Source of the DNA: Gammaproteobacteria bacterium
Lineage (GTDB): Bacteria > Pseudomonadota > Gammaproteobacteria > Ga0077536
Direction: 5' to 3'
DNA length: 64,000 nt
NCBI GenBank assembly: GCA_963662545.2
Contig: CAXXLL010000002.1
Coordinates: forward strand, 2,208,001 to 2,272,000
Of this stretch, positions 26,721 to 37,277 are shown one piece after another. The notes beneath the pieces were generated by a model. It was not told the DNA's origin. It searched no databases and saw nothing but the letters and a program-made list of their open reading frames with translations. Numbering within the stretch: position 1 is the stretch's first letter; each line of letters begins with the position of its first letter. Position numbers and translations under genes: made by a program.

Positions 26721-28319
26721 TTAATCTTCGCGATTGCAGATGATCGATATGCGATAGAGCGCAACGCGGTCGCTCGCCCCTTCCGGCATCGCCCGAACCT
26801 CCTCGAGGTGGTAGCGACCGGCCAACTCGGCACGACGCCGGGCGAGGGTCAGTACGTACAAAGCGGGACCGGCAATCTCGTCGAGTGCCCGCTCGAGTTC
26901 GTCCATGTTGCGCAGTCGCGGAATCATCCGCCCGGATTCGTAGACGTAGACCGCCGGCGTGAGGTCGAGGCTTACCAAGGGGACGTCGGGCGCGATGTCC
27001 ATATTGATCGATCGCGCGAGCGCCTGTTTGTTTCGCCGATCGGCGCTCCAGAAAACCTCAGCGTCGGCAAATCCAGCGAAACAACTGGCGACCACCACCA
27101 CGAGTGCTACCGCCACGCCGCTGAACGGCGCGACGCTCAGCCTGCGGCCCAGCAATCCCGCAACGATCGCCGCACCTACCCCCGCCACCAGGACGGTTGG
27201 CCGTGCGTCATCGAGGTACAGCCAGCTTGCCGCGCCTAAAACGACGGCGGCCTGCACGGCGAGTACGATGAAAAAGACGGGCCCTCCTGCGGCGAGCATC
27301 CGTTCGACGCCACGCCCGGCGAGCAAGCACATGATCGGGAGCAGGGGCAACAGATAGAAGTACCGCTGCTGCCCACCTAAACTGAACACTAAGACGGCCA
27401 CCAGAATAGTCGTAGCCAGAAACATGCAGGCTTCGCGGCCTTCGTCGTGCGCGCGCAGGGCGATGATCCACGCCACCGGCATCAAAGGCAGCCACGGCAG
27501 CACCAATTGCAGCGGCCGATAGAGATAATATCCATTCAACAAGTGCTGGAAGTCCGGCACCAGCAGGCTGCCGGCCAGTTGGAAACTGACGACCTGCTCA
27601 CCCGCAAGCCCCTGCTTGAGCAACCACCACCACGGTATCGTCAGCGCCGCCAGCAGGGCGAGCCCTCCGATCGGTTTCAATAACCACAAGCCAACGAGTC
27701 CTCGGCCCTGAACGAACGCCAGGAACAGACCCGATGCCACCAGCAACATCGCCGGGACCTGCGGCCCTTTCGTTAGGATCGCGAACGCATACGCCACCCA
27801 CATCAAGTAGATCCAACCGGCAAAAGCTCGCGCTCGGGTGAGCGTCGCCAGCATGAAACTGCCGACACCCGCCGTGCAGAAGAAAGCATAGACCAGCTCC
27901 GGGCGCGCATCATGCGCGTAGCTGAAGAAACCCGCGCTCGTAGCAAACAGACCGGCACCGTAGAGGGCAGCGCGACCGCCGAAAAAGCGCGAACCGACGG
28001 TCGTCATTATCGCAAGAAGGCCGATTCCGGCGAGCAGCGAGGGCAGCCTGCCGTGCCATGGTTCAACGCGGTCGGAGGACCCCGCCACCGCGGCGGCCAA
28101 CCCGGTTAACCAGTAGCTCATCGGCGGCTTGTTGAGACGCGGTTCACCGTTGAAATACGGCACGATCCAGTCGTCCCTTTCATGCATTTCCTGGCTGGTT
28201 CGCAACACCAGTACTTCGTGATCATCGGCAGGCAAGCTTGTCATTGCGGCGCTGCCCAGCACCGCGCCCAACACGATGACGAATAGCACGCCGGGCAGCG
28301 ATGCTGCGTTCTTCGTCAT
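26721..28319 (-). CDS. ArnT/PMT-family (GT39/GT83) membrane glycosyltransferase
   Basis: EMHERDDWIVPYFNGEPRLNKPP, GRLPS and LTKGP motifs, with many TM segments. Confidence 0.9.
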   Translation of the reverse strand: MTKNAASLPGVLFVIVLGAVLGSAAMTSLPADDHEVLVLRTSQEMHERDDWIVPYFNGEPRLNKPPMSYWLTGLAAAVAGSSDRVEPWHGRLPSLLAGIGLLAIMTTVGSRFFGGRAALYGAGLFATSAGFFSYAHDARPELVYAFFCTAGVGSFMLATLTRARAFAGWIYLMWVAYAFAILTKGPQVPAMLLVASGLFLAFVQGRGLVGLWLLKPIGGLALLAALTIPWWWLLKQGLAGEQVVSFQLAGSLLVPDFQHLLNGYYLYRPLQLVLPWLPLMPVAWIIALRAHDEGREACMFLATTILVAVLVFSLGGQQRYFYLLPLLPIMCLLAGRGVERMLAAGGPVFFIVLAVQAAVVLGAASWLYLDDARPTVLVAGVGAAIVAGLLGRRLSVAPFSGVAVALVVVVASCFAGFADAEVFWSADRRNKQALARSINMDIAPDVPLVSLDLTPAVYVYESGRMIPRLRNMDELERALDEIAGPALYVLTLARRRAELAGRYHLEEVRAMPEGASDRVALYRISIICNRED

Positions 28320-28367
28320 GCGGGAATTAAGCGCCGCTCCGGCAGCGGTTGTACGCGCGTGGTTCCA

Positions 28368-30167
28368 TCATTGCGCCGCTTGCGCCGGTGGCACGACCGA
28401 CGATGCCGCTTCGGCTTGCATCAATCGCTCGAGGTCGGACCGCGCGGCGGCTACCATCGACAGCAGTTTCTCTTGATCGTCACGGACCGCGTGAAGCTCG
28501 AGAAGCGTCTGTTCGTCGTGCGCTTCGAACAGCAGGCCGGCCTGATGCGCACGGTCATGGTCGAATCCCAAATTCGTCAAGGCCTTGACCCCTGTGTTGA
28601 GCGCCGCGGCGAATGTCTCGCGTTCAAAACACTCGACCCCGCGATCCAGCATTTCGTAAGCCTGTGTGCGTGCACGCACTCGGACGATCATCGGCAGTTG
28701 CGGAAAGTGCTCGCGCGCGAGGTCGACAAGGCGCAGTGTTGCTTGCGGGTCATCCAGCCCGACAACCAACAGGCGGGCCGATCCTGCCGCCGCCGCCCGC
28801 AGCAGATCAAGCCGGGTTGCGTCACCGTAGTACACGGTGTGACCGAAGCGGCGCAGGAGTTCGATCTGATCCGGATCGTGATCGATGACCGTAGTTTCGA
28901 ATCCGTTGGCGTTGAGTAGGCGGCCGACGATCTGACCGAAACGGCCGAACCCCGCGATGATGACGGGATGCCGCGCACCGTCGATCACGTCGGGCTCTCG
29001 CGCCTGCCGACCGAGGCGCCACTTCACCACCGCTTCGGCGGCGCCGAGCGCAACGGGCGTCAGGATCATCGACACGACGATCACCGCGGTCAGTAAATCA
29101 ACGATGGATTGCTGCATTACGTCGGCCGCGGCGGCGGCGCCGAACACCACGAAACCAAATTCGCCGCCCTGACACAGCAAGGCGGCGAGCCGCCAGCGCT
29201 GATGATTTTCGAGACCCAGGCGGCCCGCGAGCACGAACAACACCCCGAACTTCGAGACCATGACGACGGCGGTCAGCCCCAGTATGGTCAGCGGTGCCTC
29301 CAGGCACAGGCCAACGTCCATCGACATGCCGACCGCCATGAAGAACAGGCCCATCAATAAGCCTTTGAATGGTTCGATCTCGATTTCGAGTTCGTGGCGG
29401 TACTCCGATTCCGCGAGTAATACGCCGCCCATGAACGCGCCGAGCGCCATCGACAGGCCGACCGCGTCCACCAAGAGCGCCAATCCAATAACGATCAAAA
29501 GCGACAAAGCGGTGAAGAGTTCGCGCGAGCGGCTGGCGGCGACGATGCGGAAAAGCGGACGCGCGAGGCGCGGCCCGACTACCAGAATCGCCCCGACCAG
29601 AGCGATCGCCTGGGCGATATTCATCCAGACTTCGGCGGGCGCCAGCGGCGTGGTCCGGCTGCCGAGTATCGGAATAATGGCCAGTAGCGGGATCACCGCG
29701 ATGTCCTGGAACAACAATACCGAGAACGCCGTTTTCCCCGTAACAGTCTCGATCCACTGGCGTTCCTCCAGCAACTGCAATACGAAGGCCGTCGAAGACA
29801 GCGCCAGGACCAGGCCCACGACGACCGCACTGCGCAGCCCCAATCCGAACGCATAGGCGAAAGCGGCGAGGACGAGCGCGCTCGCGACGAGCTGCGACAC
29901 GCCGGCGCCGAGAATGGCGCGTCGCAGTTCCCACAGCCGCGCTGGCTTGAGCTCGAGACCGATCAGAAAGAGCAACAGCACGACACCGAATTCCGCGAAA
30001 TGCAGGATCACATCGCCGTCCGGAATGATGCTGAGACCCCAGGGTCCGATGGCTAGTCCGGCGAGCAGATAGCCGAGAACCGAACCCAAACGCAGCCGCT
30101 TCGCAATCGGCACGATCACGACGGCAGCGAGAAGAAAAACCATGACGCCGCCGAGAATAACTTCCAC
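28368..30167 (-). CDS. KefB/KefC-type potassium-efflux antiporter (CPA2 + KTN domain)
   Basis: LGSVLGYLLAG, LLFQDIAVIP, ESEYRHELE and IIAGFGRFGQIVGR motifs. Confidence 0.94.
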   Translation of the reverse strand: MEVILGGVMVFLLAAVVIVPIAKRLRLGSVLGYLLAGLAIGPWGLSIIPDGDVILHFAEFGVVLLLFLIGLELKPARLWELRRAILGAGVSQLVASALVLAAFAYAFGLGLRSAVVVGLVLALSSTAFVLQLLEERQWIETVTGKTAFSVLLFQDIAVIPLLAIIPILGSRTTPLAPAEVWMNIAQAIALVGAILVVGPRLARPLFRIVAASRSRELFTALSLLIVIGLALLVDAVGLSMALGAFMGGVLLAESEYRHELEIEIEPFKGLLMGLFFMAVGMSMDVGLCLEAPLTILGLTAVVMVSKFGVLFVLAGRLGLENHQRWRLAALLCQGGEFGFVVFGAAAAADVMQQSIVDLLTAVIVVSMILTPVALGAAEAVVKWRLGRQAREPDVIDGARHPVIIAGFGRFGQIVGRLLNANGFETTVIDHDPDQIELLRRFGHTVYYGDATRLDLLRAAAAGSARLLVVGLDDPQATLRLVDLAREHFPQLPMIVRVRARTQAYEMLDRGVECFERETFAAALNTGVKALTNLGFDHDRAHQAGLLFEAHDEQTLLELHAVRDDQEKLLSMVAAARSDLERLMQAEAASSVVPPAQAAQ

Positions 30168-30339
30168 TTAATGCTCCGATTGCGTGCCGCAAAAACCAGT
30201 ATGACACGCTTTCGCGGAGCCACGGTCTGAGGTCCGTACGCGTGAGTGTTGCGGGCGAGGTGTTATGTTTTGGGTCGGTCAGGATCGCTTTCTTCGCCCG
30301 CTTGCTGGCGAATAGCCGCCGCCGCGCACTTGAAACAGT

Positions 30340-31536
30340 TCAGAAGAAGCGCAGCAATTCCAGCTGCACGTAATCATCGCGATGTAGGGAACGCAGCGGA
30401 TCGGTCTTATCGACGTCGAGCAAGAGCCTGAGTTCGAGTTCTACCTTCCAGAAATCGCCGAAACGCCGGCTCGCTTCGATGTTCAGAAAATACCCGCCGC
30501 CATTCAGATCCGACACGATGCCGGAGAGCAGTTGACTGTCGGCCGCATCGTTGATGGCAATGCGCGAACCGACGAATACGTCGTTGTTGAACGCGGCCGG
30601 CGCGCGCCGGCCGCGTTCGTCGAAATGGTATTCGCCGAGCACGCCCAAGTCGACGCTGGTGCCGAGAAAGCCGACGAAGGTGTATTCATATCCACCCACC
30701 GCCGCGGCGTACGTCTCGCCCTGTCCCTGCCGCCGCAGGGCCTCGAACTTGAGCAGCCAGTTGCCGAGGGTCGCCTGCAGATCCGTACCCGATTGATGAA
30801 TGACGTCGTAAATGGGTGCCAGGATCGGTTCGCCCGCCGCTGTCCGCTCAACGGCGAACCGGGGCTCACGACTGGTGCCCCAGAAGTGGTAAAGGCCGAC
30901 GTCGAAAACGCCGAAGTAGTGCGAATACCGCGCTGCGTAGTCCACATGATTCTGCTCGGCCGCGGATTCGTACTCCGCGGCGCTGGTATCGACGCGCAGC
31001 GGAGACTGAAAGCGCCCGTCGCGACCGGGGAAACTGCGCTCGCGAAATCCGGGCAACACGAACAGGTCGACAGTCCCCCAATCTCGAACATAAGCCAAAT
31101 TCACCATCGGTTGACCGAACTTGTCCTCCTGATCGAGATTTTCCACCAGATCGGTCTGATTGACGATGTCCACCAGGTGATTGGACTCGGCCACGCCCCA
31201 GAACAGCCTGCGTAACCCGAAGCGAAATTCCCAACTCTCTGCGGCGTATATGTAGGTCAGCTCACGGACGTCATAATGCGTACGCCGGGTGTCGTTCTGG
31301 TCGAGGCGGACAAAGGGCACGAACAGGAAACTTTGATCGCCGTCGTCCCACTCGAAGTAGACCTCGGGCTTGAATGACAAACTGCCGGTGGCGCCGCTGA
31401 GATCGGGACCGCTGGGGTCCTGAAAGAAAATGCGCGTTTCGGTGCCGACGTGGCCGCTGATCTCAAAATCCGCCGATACGGCGCCCATCCATACCGGGGT
31501 GCAGCAGAGAAGCCTCGTGATGAACGATCGAATCAA
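30340..31536 (-). CDS. Putative outer-membrane beta-barrel protein
   Basis: N-terminal signal peptide, alternating beta-strand pattern and C-terminal YVQLELLRFF. Confidence 0.7.
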   Translation of the reverse strand: MIRSFITRLLCCTPVWMGAVSADFEISGHVGTETRIFFQDPSGPDLSGATGSLSFKPEVYFEWDDGDQSFLFVPFVRLDQNDTRRTHYDVRELTYIYAAESWEFRFGLRRLFWGVAESNHLVDIVNQTDLVENLDQEDKFGQPMVNLAYVRDWGTVDLFVLPGFRERSFPGRDGRFQSPLRVDTSAAEYESAAEQNHVDYAARYSHYFGVFDVGLYHFWGTSREPRFAVERTAAGEPILAPIYDVIHQSGTDLQATLGNWLLKFEALRRQGQGETYAAAVGGYEYTFVGFLGTSVDLGVLGEYHFDERGRRAPAAFNNDVFVGSRIAINDAADSQLLSGIVSDLNGGGYFLNIEASRRFGDFWKVELELRLLLDVDKTDPLRSLHRDDYVQLELLRFF

Positions 31537-31658
31537 GGTCGCGGATTGCCATTTCTACTAACCGCGACTTTAACATAGACTTTTTAAATTAGTAAGTTAC
31601 TTATATTATCTAATACTAGTTCTAACTTTAAAAATCAGTCTTAAGTCAACTATTTAGT

Positions 31659-34043
31659 TCAACCCGACCCAAGGCGATCGAGCGCCGCGCGAGCCTCTTC
31701 AAGGCCCTTGAACTCGACGTTTGATTCAACCGCCTTGCTGAGATGATCCCGCGCCTGGACCTCGTTGCCCTGCGCCAAATAGGCCATGCCGAGGTGATAG
31801 CGCATGATCGCGGCATTGGGCGCTGCGTCCACCGCTTTTTCCAAAAACAGGACTGCCTGCTCATTTTCGCCGAGTCTGTATTCCACCCAACCGACCGTAT
31901 CAAGATAGGCCGGCTGAGCGGTATTGCGCAAAGGCGTCACGAGATCCCGCGCGCGCTGCCAGCTGTCCTTATCCTCCCGGTATTCGATGAGAAGCATGGC
32001 GAGGTTGTTCGCGGCGAGGGCTGAATTGGGTTTTTCGCGCAGCACGTTCTCATACTGCTCAATTGCCGAATCGAGATTGCCGGTCCGCTCCAGGTACGTG
32101 GCGAGGCCGGTCACCAATAGGGGCGCTCCGCTTGTTGCCTCGATGCCTTGCTTCAGCCACGACACCGCCTCTTCACCCCTGTCCTCGGCCACGGCGATCG
32201 TCGCGAGGTTGCGATATGGGATAGGCCAGGCCGGATTCAATTCGACGGCGCGTTCGAGTTGTGGTTTAGCTTGATCGAATTGCTTCTCCCTCAGGTACAG
32301 TTCGCCCAAGAGGTTGCGGGCCACGAAATGGCGGTCTTCGGCTGCGATGACCTCGAGGAGCCTCGCTTTCGCGACATCATCTTGCTCGAGCGCAAGATAG
32401 CTTTTCACCAACTGCGAAAGCGGCTGCACGGCGAGCGGTGAGACGTCCAGTGCCGACTGGAATTCGCCGACACTCGCTTCGACGTTGCCGGTGGCCTGAT
32501 GGATGAGGCCGGCGAAATGGTATCCCGTGGCGAGTTTCGGCGCCGCTGATTTGAGCTGCTCGCTGACGGCCATTGCCGCATCCCAGTCCTTGCTGTAAAC
32601 GAGGATCTTGAACTTGCCTTCGAGTGCCTGGACGTGGCCCGCCGAGCGCTTGAGGATCTCGTCGAGTTGCCTCAGAGCCTCATCCAGTTCGCGGCGCGTG
32701 GTGTGATAATTGGCGAGCTCGAGTCTCAGGACTGCAGCGGTCGGCGTGACTTCCAGCCCCTGCTTCAATACGTCCTTGGCGAGTTCCGGTTCTTTGTTCG
32801 TTAGGTGCGCACGGGACAACAAGCGTACGACATTAATTTTCGCGGGAGCATCCCGCAAGACGGTACGAAAATCGGCGATAGCGCCGGGTGAGTCACCATC
32901 GTTCAGCAACAAGGTGCCGCGCAGGATCAACGAATCGGTGTCGCGCGGGTTATCCGCGAGCACTTCCTCCACGAGCACGCGTGCGCCGGCCAGATCGTTC
33001 TGACGCGCTTTGACGATCGCCAGGCGGCTCTTGGCCGTAAGGTAATCCGGCCCCTCCCTTTCCGTTTCGGCAATGAAGGTGTAGATACCGCCTGCTTCGT
33101 CGAGGCGCGTGGCCGCCTCGAAGACCTTGCCGAGGGCAAACCGGTAGCGAAGCTCGTCCGGATTCTCAGCGATGATGCGGTTGAGTTCGTCGATGGCGGT
33201 ATCGACGCCGCGGTTCGCCGCCAGGAACTCTACATAGGCCAAGTGCGCGGCCTGCTCGCCGGGTAATGCCTCGATGGCGTCTTGCAAGGCCTCTTCGGCG
33301 GCGTCGAGGCGCTTCAGCCCGATTAAAAACCGCGCGAATGCATTCCGGTATGCAAGCACATCGGGCTCCTGCTCGATGACCTGCCGAAATACCTCGACCG
33401 CGTCGTCGGGCCGCTTAAGGCCGGCATAGACTCGAGCGAGGTTAATTTTTAACGCCACTTGGTCCGGGTGCCTGGCGATAGTGTCGTTGAGCAGTTCGAT
33501 GCTTTCCTCGCTCAGGCCTTCGGCCAGAAGAAGAGACGCCATCAACGATGCGGCCTCCGCATTCAGTGGTTCGAGTTCGAGCGCGCGGGTGATCGTTTCT
33601 TTGGCATCTTCCCGGTTGCCGGCCTTGGCCTTGACGCCGGCCAGCAGCGTCAGCGCTTCCACGTCATCGGGCGCCGCCTGCAGCACCCTCTCCGCATTTT
33701 CGCGCGCCTTCTCATCGTTGTTGCTCAGCAAGTACAGGCGCCCCATCCGCATGAGGGCATCGCGATGATCCGCCTGCTCCGAGATGATCGCGAGATAATG
33801 GCCGGCCGCACCGCGCCAGTTCTCGAGCTTTTCCAAGGTTTGCGCGAGGGCGTAACGCCCGTCGAGATCCTTTGGATCGATCTGGAGGACGTTCTTGAAC
33901 TCGAGCCGCGCCTTTTCAAAATTGCCCTCGTCGAAGAGCGCCTGCCCCTTGTTCATATAGGCCGTCTTGCGGTCTTCGGCGCCGCCGCAGGCGACCAGCA
34001 GCACGGTCAATCCAATCAGGGCGAGACGGAATGGTTTATTCAT
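31659..34043 (-). CDS. TPR-repeat lipoprotein, PrsT-like (exosortase-system associated)
   Basis: Lipobox LVAC, ARLEFKNVLQIDP, many TPRs, and C-terminal NNLA..DTVGW..YHLGMAY. Confidence 0.87.
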   Translation of the reverse strand: MNKPFRLALIGLTVLLVACGGAEDRKTAYMNKGQALFDEGNFEKARLEFKNVLQIDPKDLDGRYALAQTLEKLENWRGAAGHYLAIISEQADHRDALMRMGRLYLLSNNDEKARENAERVLQAAPDDVEALTLLAGVKAKAGNREDAKETITRALELEPLNAEAASLMASLLLAEGLSEESIELLNDTIARHPDQVALKINLARVYAGLKRPDDAVEVFRQVIEQEPDVLAYRNAFARFLIGLKRLDAAEEALQDAIEALPGEQAAHLAYVEFLAANRGVDTAIDELNRIIAENPDELRYRFALGKVFEAATRLDEAGGIYTFIAETEREGPDYLTAKSRLAIVKARQNDLAGARVLVEEVLADNPRDTDSLILRGTLLLNDGDSPGAIADFRTVLRDAPAKINVVRLLSRAHLTNKEPELAKDVLKQGLEVTPTAAVLRLELANYHTTRRELDEALRQLDEILKRSAGHVQALEGKFKILVYSKDWDAAMAVSEQLKSAAPKLATGYHFAGLIHQATGNVEASVGEFQSALDVSPLAVQPLSQLVKSYLALEQDDVAKARLLEVIAAEDRHFVARNLLGELYLREKQFDQAKPQLERAVELNPAWPIPYRNLATIAVAEDRGEEAVSWLKQGIEATSGAPLLVTGLATYLERTGNLDSAIEQYENVLREKPNSALAANNLAMLLIEYREDKDSWQRARDLVTPLRNTAQPAYLDTVGWVEYRLGENEQAVLFLEKAVDAAPNAAIMRYHLGMAYLAQGNEVQARDHLSKAVESNVEFKGLEEARAALDRLGSG

Positions 34044-34195
34044 AGATGAAAGTCCGTGGTCGATGCTTTGTGCGGAGCACCATTTTACACTTCACCCGGT
34101 AAAAATGCCGTAACCGTTGGCAAAACAGGCCACCGCGCCGATTACGAAGCACACGGGTGGCTCGAAGAAGCATTTCACGTAACGCTGGAACGGTA

Positions 34196-34545
34196 TCAGT
34201 CGTAGGTCGACCGAATACCGGTGTCGAGGTCGATCCGTGTACGCGAACCCATGCCGGACAATTTCTGGACATCCACGAGTTTGTGCGGTGTGTCATCCGG
34301 TTTCGATCGGTCGTGCTCGATCGTGCCCTCGAAGACCGCGATCCATGCAACGGTTACGGCCAGATCGTTAATGGAAATATCTTGAGCGAGCCCGATATTG
34401 ATCCGGCCATCCGCCTCATGATCCTGCATCAGAAAGAGGCCGGCGTCCGCGCAGCCGTCCACATGCAGGAACTCACGCATCGGCGCTCCCCCGAGCCCCA
34501 AATCGTCACGGTGTCCGCTGCCTGAACCTTCGCTTCGCGAAACCT
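34196..34545 (-). pseudogene. fcl: GDP-L-fucose synthase C-terminal remnant
   Basis: RFREAKVQAADTVTIWGSG, then a frameshift, then PMREFLHVD...INIG...SKPDDTPHKLVDV. The N-terminal part is absent. Confidence 0.8.
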
Positions 34546-34658
34546 GCCAGGGCGCCGCTGGCCATGTACGGGGAAAGGCGCTAACCGGTAAAGAGAAAGT
34601 GACGGTGTTGCCCCGCCCAGTCGGTTAATAGGAGATTAACCCTTGAGCAGGGGCTCGC

Positions 34659-35303
34659 TCAGGCAGCTCGCGACGGGTCGCGATCTCGACGGATCATGGC
34701 CAGGCCGATCAATGCCGTACTGAGAAGCACGACCGATGCCGGTAGGGGTATCAGGGTAATAGTGACCTCGAGGCTGGCCATAGTCTTCTCGATGTCGGCG
34801 CCGTCCACGGCAAACAAGGCGTTCGAGATGGTCACGGTAACCTCCTCAACCAAACCGCCGGAAAAATCGAAGCTGGTGCCCAGACCCCAAGGACCGACGG
34901 CGCCGGAGCTGAATACGATCGACGCGAGGCTATTGGTCATGCCGTTAGCTGTTATGGAGCCGGTCGCGATGGCCGTGCCGCCCCCGGTGCTGTCGCCGTC
35001 GCCGGTTTCGGCATAAATGACGCTCGTGATGCGGTAGCCGTTCGGCGCGGTGATGCTGAGGCTCAGTGTGTCGAAGGCGACGATGACGCTACCACCCGCC
35101 TTGAAATCTTCTAACCCGATGACGAGGATATTCGGGTTGCCGCCGTCGGGTGCGGTGGTGCTGATCTTGAATAGGTCGGGAGGACCCGAGACAGCATCAC
35201 TGAAGTCGGAAAAGGTGACGGTGGCGGCTCCTGCCGGGGCTGCAAGGACGATTCCACCAACGACAAGGCCTGCGAGAACTAAAGATCTGAATTTGTGGTT
35301 CAT
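34659..35303 (-). CDS. VPLPA-CTERM sorting-domain surface protein
   Basis: Signal peptide, Gly/Ser/Thr-rich body, then IPLPAS + TM helix + RRDR tail. Confidence 0.88.
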   Translation of the reverse strand: MNHKFRSLVLAGLVVGGIVLAAPAGAATVTFSDFSDAVSGPPDLFKISTTAPDGGNPNILVIGLEDFKAGGSVIVAFDTLSLSITAPNGYRITSVIYAETGDGDSTGGGTAIATGSITANGMTNSLASIVFSSGAVGPWGLGTSFDFSGGLVEEVTVTISNALFAVDGADIEKTMASLEVTITLIPLPASVVLLSTALIGLAMIRRDRDPSRAA

Positions 35304-35429
35304 TTCTCAGTTTTCCTTTGGCAATCTAATAGTTACGTGACGTCCGCCCATTGACAGATCGAACTCGGGCCTGGGTTGGCCGGCCCGTCGGCCACACTCG
35401 GTAGCGCCTACGTCGTCGAAGGTCGTGAA

Positions 35430-35454
35430 TGTAAACAAATGTTACAACATTTGT
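35430..35454. promoter_or_regulatory. TGT-N11-ACA site overlapping a perfect palindrome upstream of the CTERM gene
   Basis: TGTAAACAAATGTTACA at 35430-35446 and ACAAATGTT-AC-AACATTTGT at 35435-35454. Confidence 0.55.
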
Positions 35455-35610
35455 GCTCCGGTTCGTGATAGTCAGGCAGTCAAAACCGTGAACGGGTCCA
35501 CAAAAGACTAATTTCGGCCCGTCGTCAGGCCGACCTCGATCAGCCGCCGCGGTAGCACACGAAGTAAGCCGCGCCTGCTCGCGCACCCCGCGCCGCTGCG
35601 GCTGGCGACG

Positions 35611-37269
35611 TCACCCGGCGACGGGAACGTCGAACAGCAGCAGCCGCCCCGCGAGCAAGGTCAGCACTACGCAGGCGCCTGCCCGCACGTGCCATACCCG
35701 CACGCGTACTTCGGCCAGGATGAGCTCGACTGCGTAGAACATAACCAAGGTCTTGATCGCGACTTCACCGATGTAGGCCTGCGGCAGCAGCCGGCCCGTC
35801 AAAGTTGGCACTAGTAAGGCGATTAGGATGATGAGGAAATCCGTCGGCGTCACCTTGAACGACCGGTTGTAGCCGAAGCGGTAGGCAATCAGCACGCCAA
35901 CGCCGAGCATGACGAAATAGACGTTTTCCGCGAGGTCGGAAACGGCCCCGGGATCCTTTGCTGCGCACCAGTAAAAGACGATGGTGGTAATGGTGATGTA
36001 GAGCACCAGGCGTTCCGGCAGCGAGAATTCCGACGCACGCCAGCGCAGTGCAAACGCGACCAGCGTCGCGCACCAGAGCGCGACCGCGGTGGCCTTGCCA
36101 TCCGCCGGAATGACGTCGAGATTGACGATTGCGTAAGCCGCGAACAGAGGCATCGTAAAAGCGGCAAAAAGCATCGGGATGCGAGTCAGCACGGCGTGGC
36201 GTTTGAGGCCGCGCGCGAATTGAGTCACCGCACTCGGCGTATCTTCGCGCGGACGTTGCCGCACTCGCCAGCTGCGGTTCGAGGCGACGGTGAATACCAC
36301 AGCGAGGCCGAACAGCACGGCCGCGAAAACGCCCACGTTGAGGAGATCCGACTGATAGCGAAACAAGAAGGCCATCGTCACCAGCGCCGCCTGCAAGGTA
36401 TAAACCGTGATCACCGATTCGTAGTGGTCAAGCCCGAGCTGCAGTAATTTATGGTGGACGTGATTGCGGTCGGGCTTGAACGGCGAGCGCCGCTCGATAA
36501 CGCGCTGCCCCATCACGAGGAAAGTGTCGATCAGCGGCAGACCGAGCAGCAGCAATGGCATCGACGGGCTCAGCACCACGCTCGAACGCTGAGTGAGAAT
36601 GATCACCAGTACCCCCACTGAGAAGCCCAGAAACTGGCTGCCGGCATCACCCATGAACACCTGCGCAGGGTAGGTGTTATAGCGTAGAAAGCCGATGATG
36701 CTGCCCATCACCGCCATCGACAGCACGAACAGCGTGCCGTCTCCCGCAAGATAGGCCAGCAGACTCAAGGTGCCGATGCTGAGCAGCGTCGTGCCGCCGG
36801 CAAGCCCGTCGAGACCGTCGGAAAGGTTGATCGCGTTGGTGATGCCGAGCAGCGCGAAGATCGTGAGCGGGATCGATACTGATTCCGGGATGGGATCCAC
36901 ACCCGCAAACGGCACGAACCGGATCACGATGTCACCGTAGAAAACTGCGATCGACACCGCGATGAGTTGGCCCGCAAACTTGAGCCGGTAGTCGAGCGAG
37001 CTGCGATCGTCCCATAGGCCGAAAATTAAAAGTACTGCGACGCCATAAAGCAGCCCCAGTACCTGCCGGTTCGGTTCGACCCACAGCAAAATCGGTGTGA
37101 CCGCGCCCGCCACCATTGCCAGGCCGCCGATACGCGGCGTCGGCACGTCGTGCACTTTGCGCTCCGAGGGTAGATCGACGAAGGCGTACCGCCGAGCCGA
37201 GCGCATCAGCGGCGGAATCAATACCATCGCGATAAACATGGCGACGATAAAGGCGAAGAACGCGGTCAT
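35611..37269 (-). CDS. WecA/MraY-family undecaprenyl-phosphate sugar-1-phosphate transferase with C-terminal membrane extension
   Basis: RKVHDVPTPRIGG, GLWDD, NAINLSDGLDGL, FMGDAGS and PDRNHVHH motifs. Confidence 0.9.
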   Translation of the reverse strand: MTAFFAFIVAMFIAMVLIPPLMRSARRYAFVDLPSERKVHDVPTPRIGGLAMVAGAVTPILLWVEPNRQVLGLLYGVAVLLIFGLWDDRSSLDYRLKFAGQLIAVSIAVFYGDIVIRFVPFAGVDPIPESVSIPLTIFALLGITNAINLSDGLDGLAGGTTLLSIGTLSLLAYLAGDGTLFVLSMAVMGSIIGFLRYNTYPAQVFMGDAGSQFLGFSVGVLVIILTQRSSVVLSPSMPLLLLGLPLIDTFLVMGQRVIERRSPFKPDRNHVHHKLLQLGLDHYESVITVYTLQAALVTMAFLFRYQSDLLNVGVFAAVLFGLAVVFTVASNRSWRVRQRPREDTPSAVTQFARGLKRHAVLTRIPMLFAAFTMPLFAAYAIVNLDVIPADGKATAVALWCATLVAFALRWRASEFSLPERLVLYITITTIVFYWCAAKDPGAVSDLAENVYFVMLGVGVLIAYRFGYNRSFKVTPTDFLIILIALLVPTLTGRLLPQAYIGEVAIKTLVMFYAVELILAEVRVRVWHVRAGACVVLTLLAGRLLLFDVPVAG

Positions 37270-37277
37270 CGGCGTAA

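Noticed and set aside
34196-34198. Second selenocysteine TGA at the end of the fcl fragment
   Set aside because: The position corresponds to Trp in the family, not Cys, and it lies in a frameshifted remnant.
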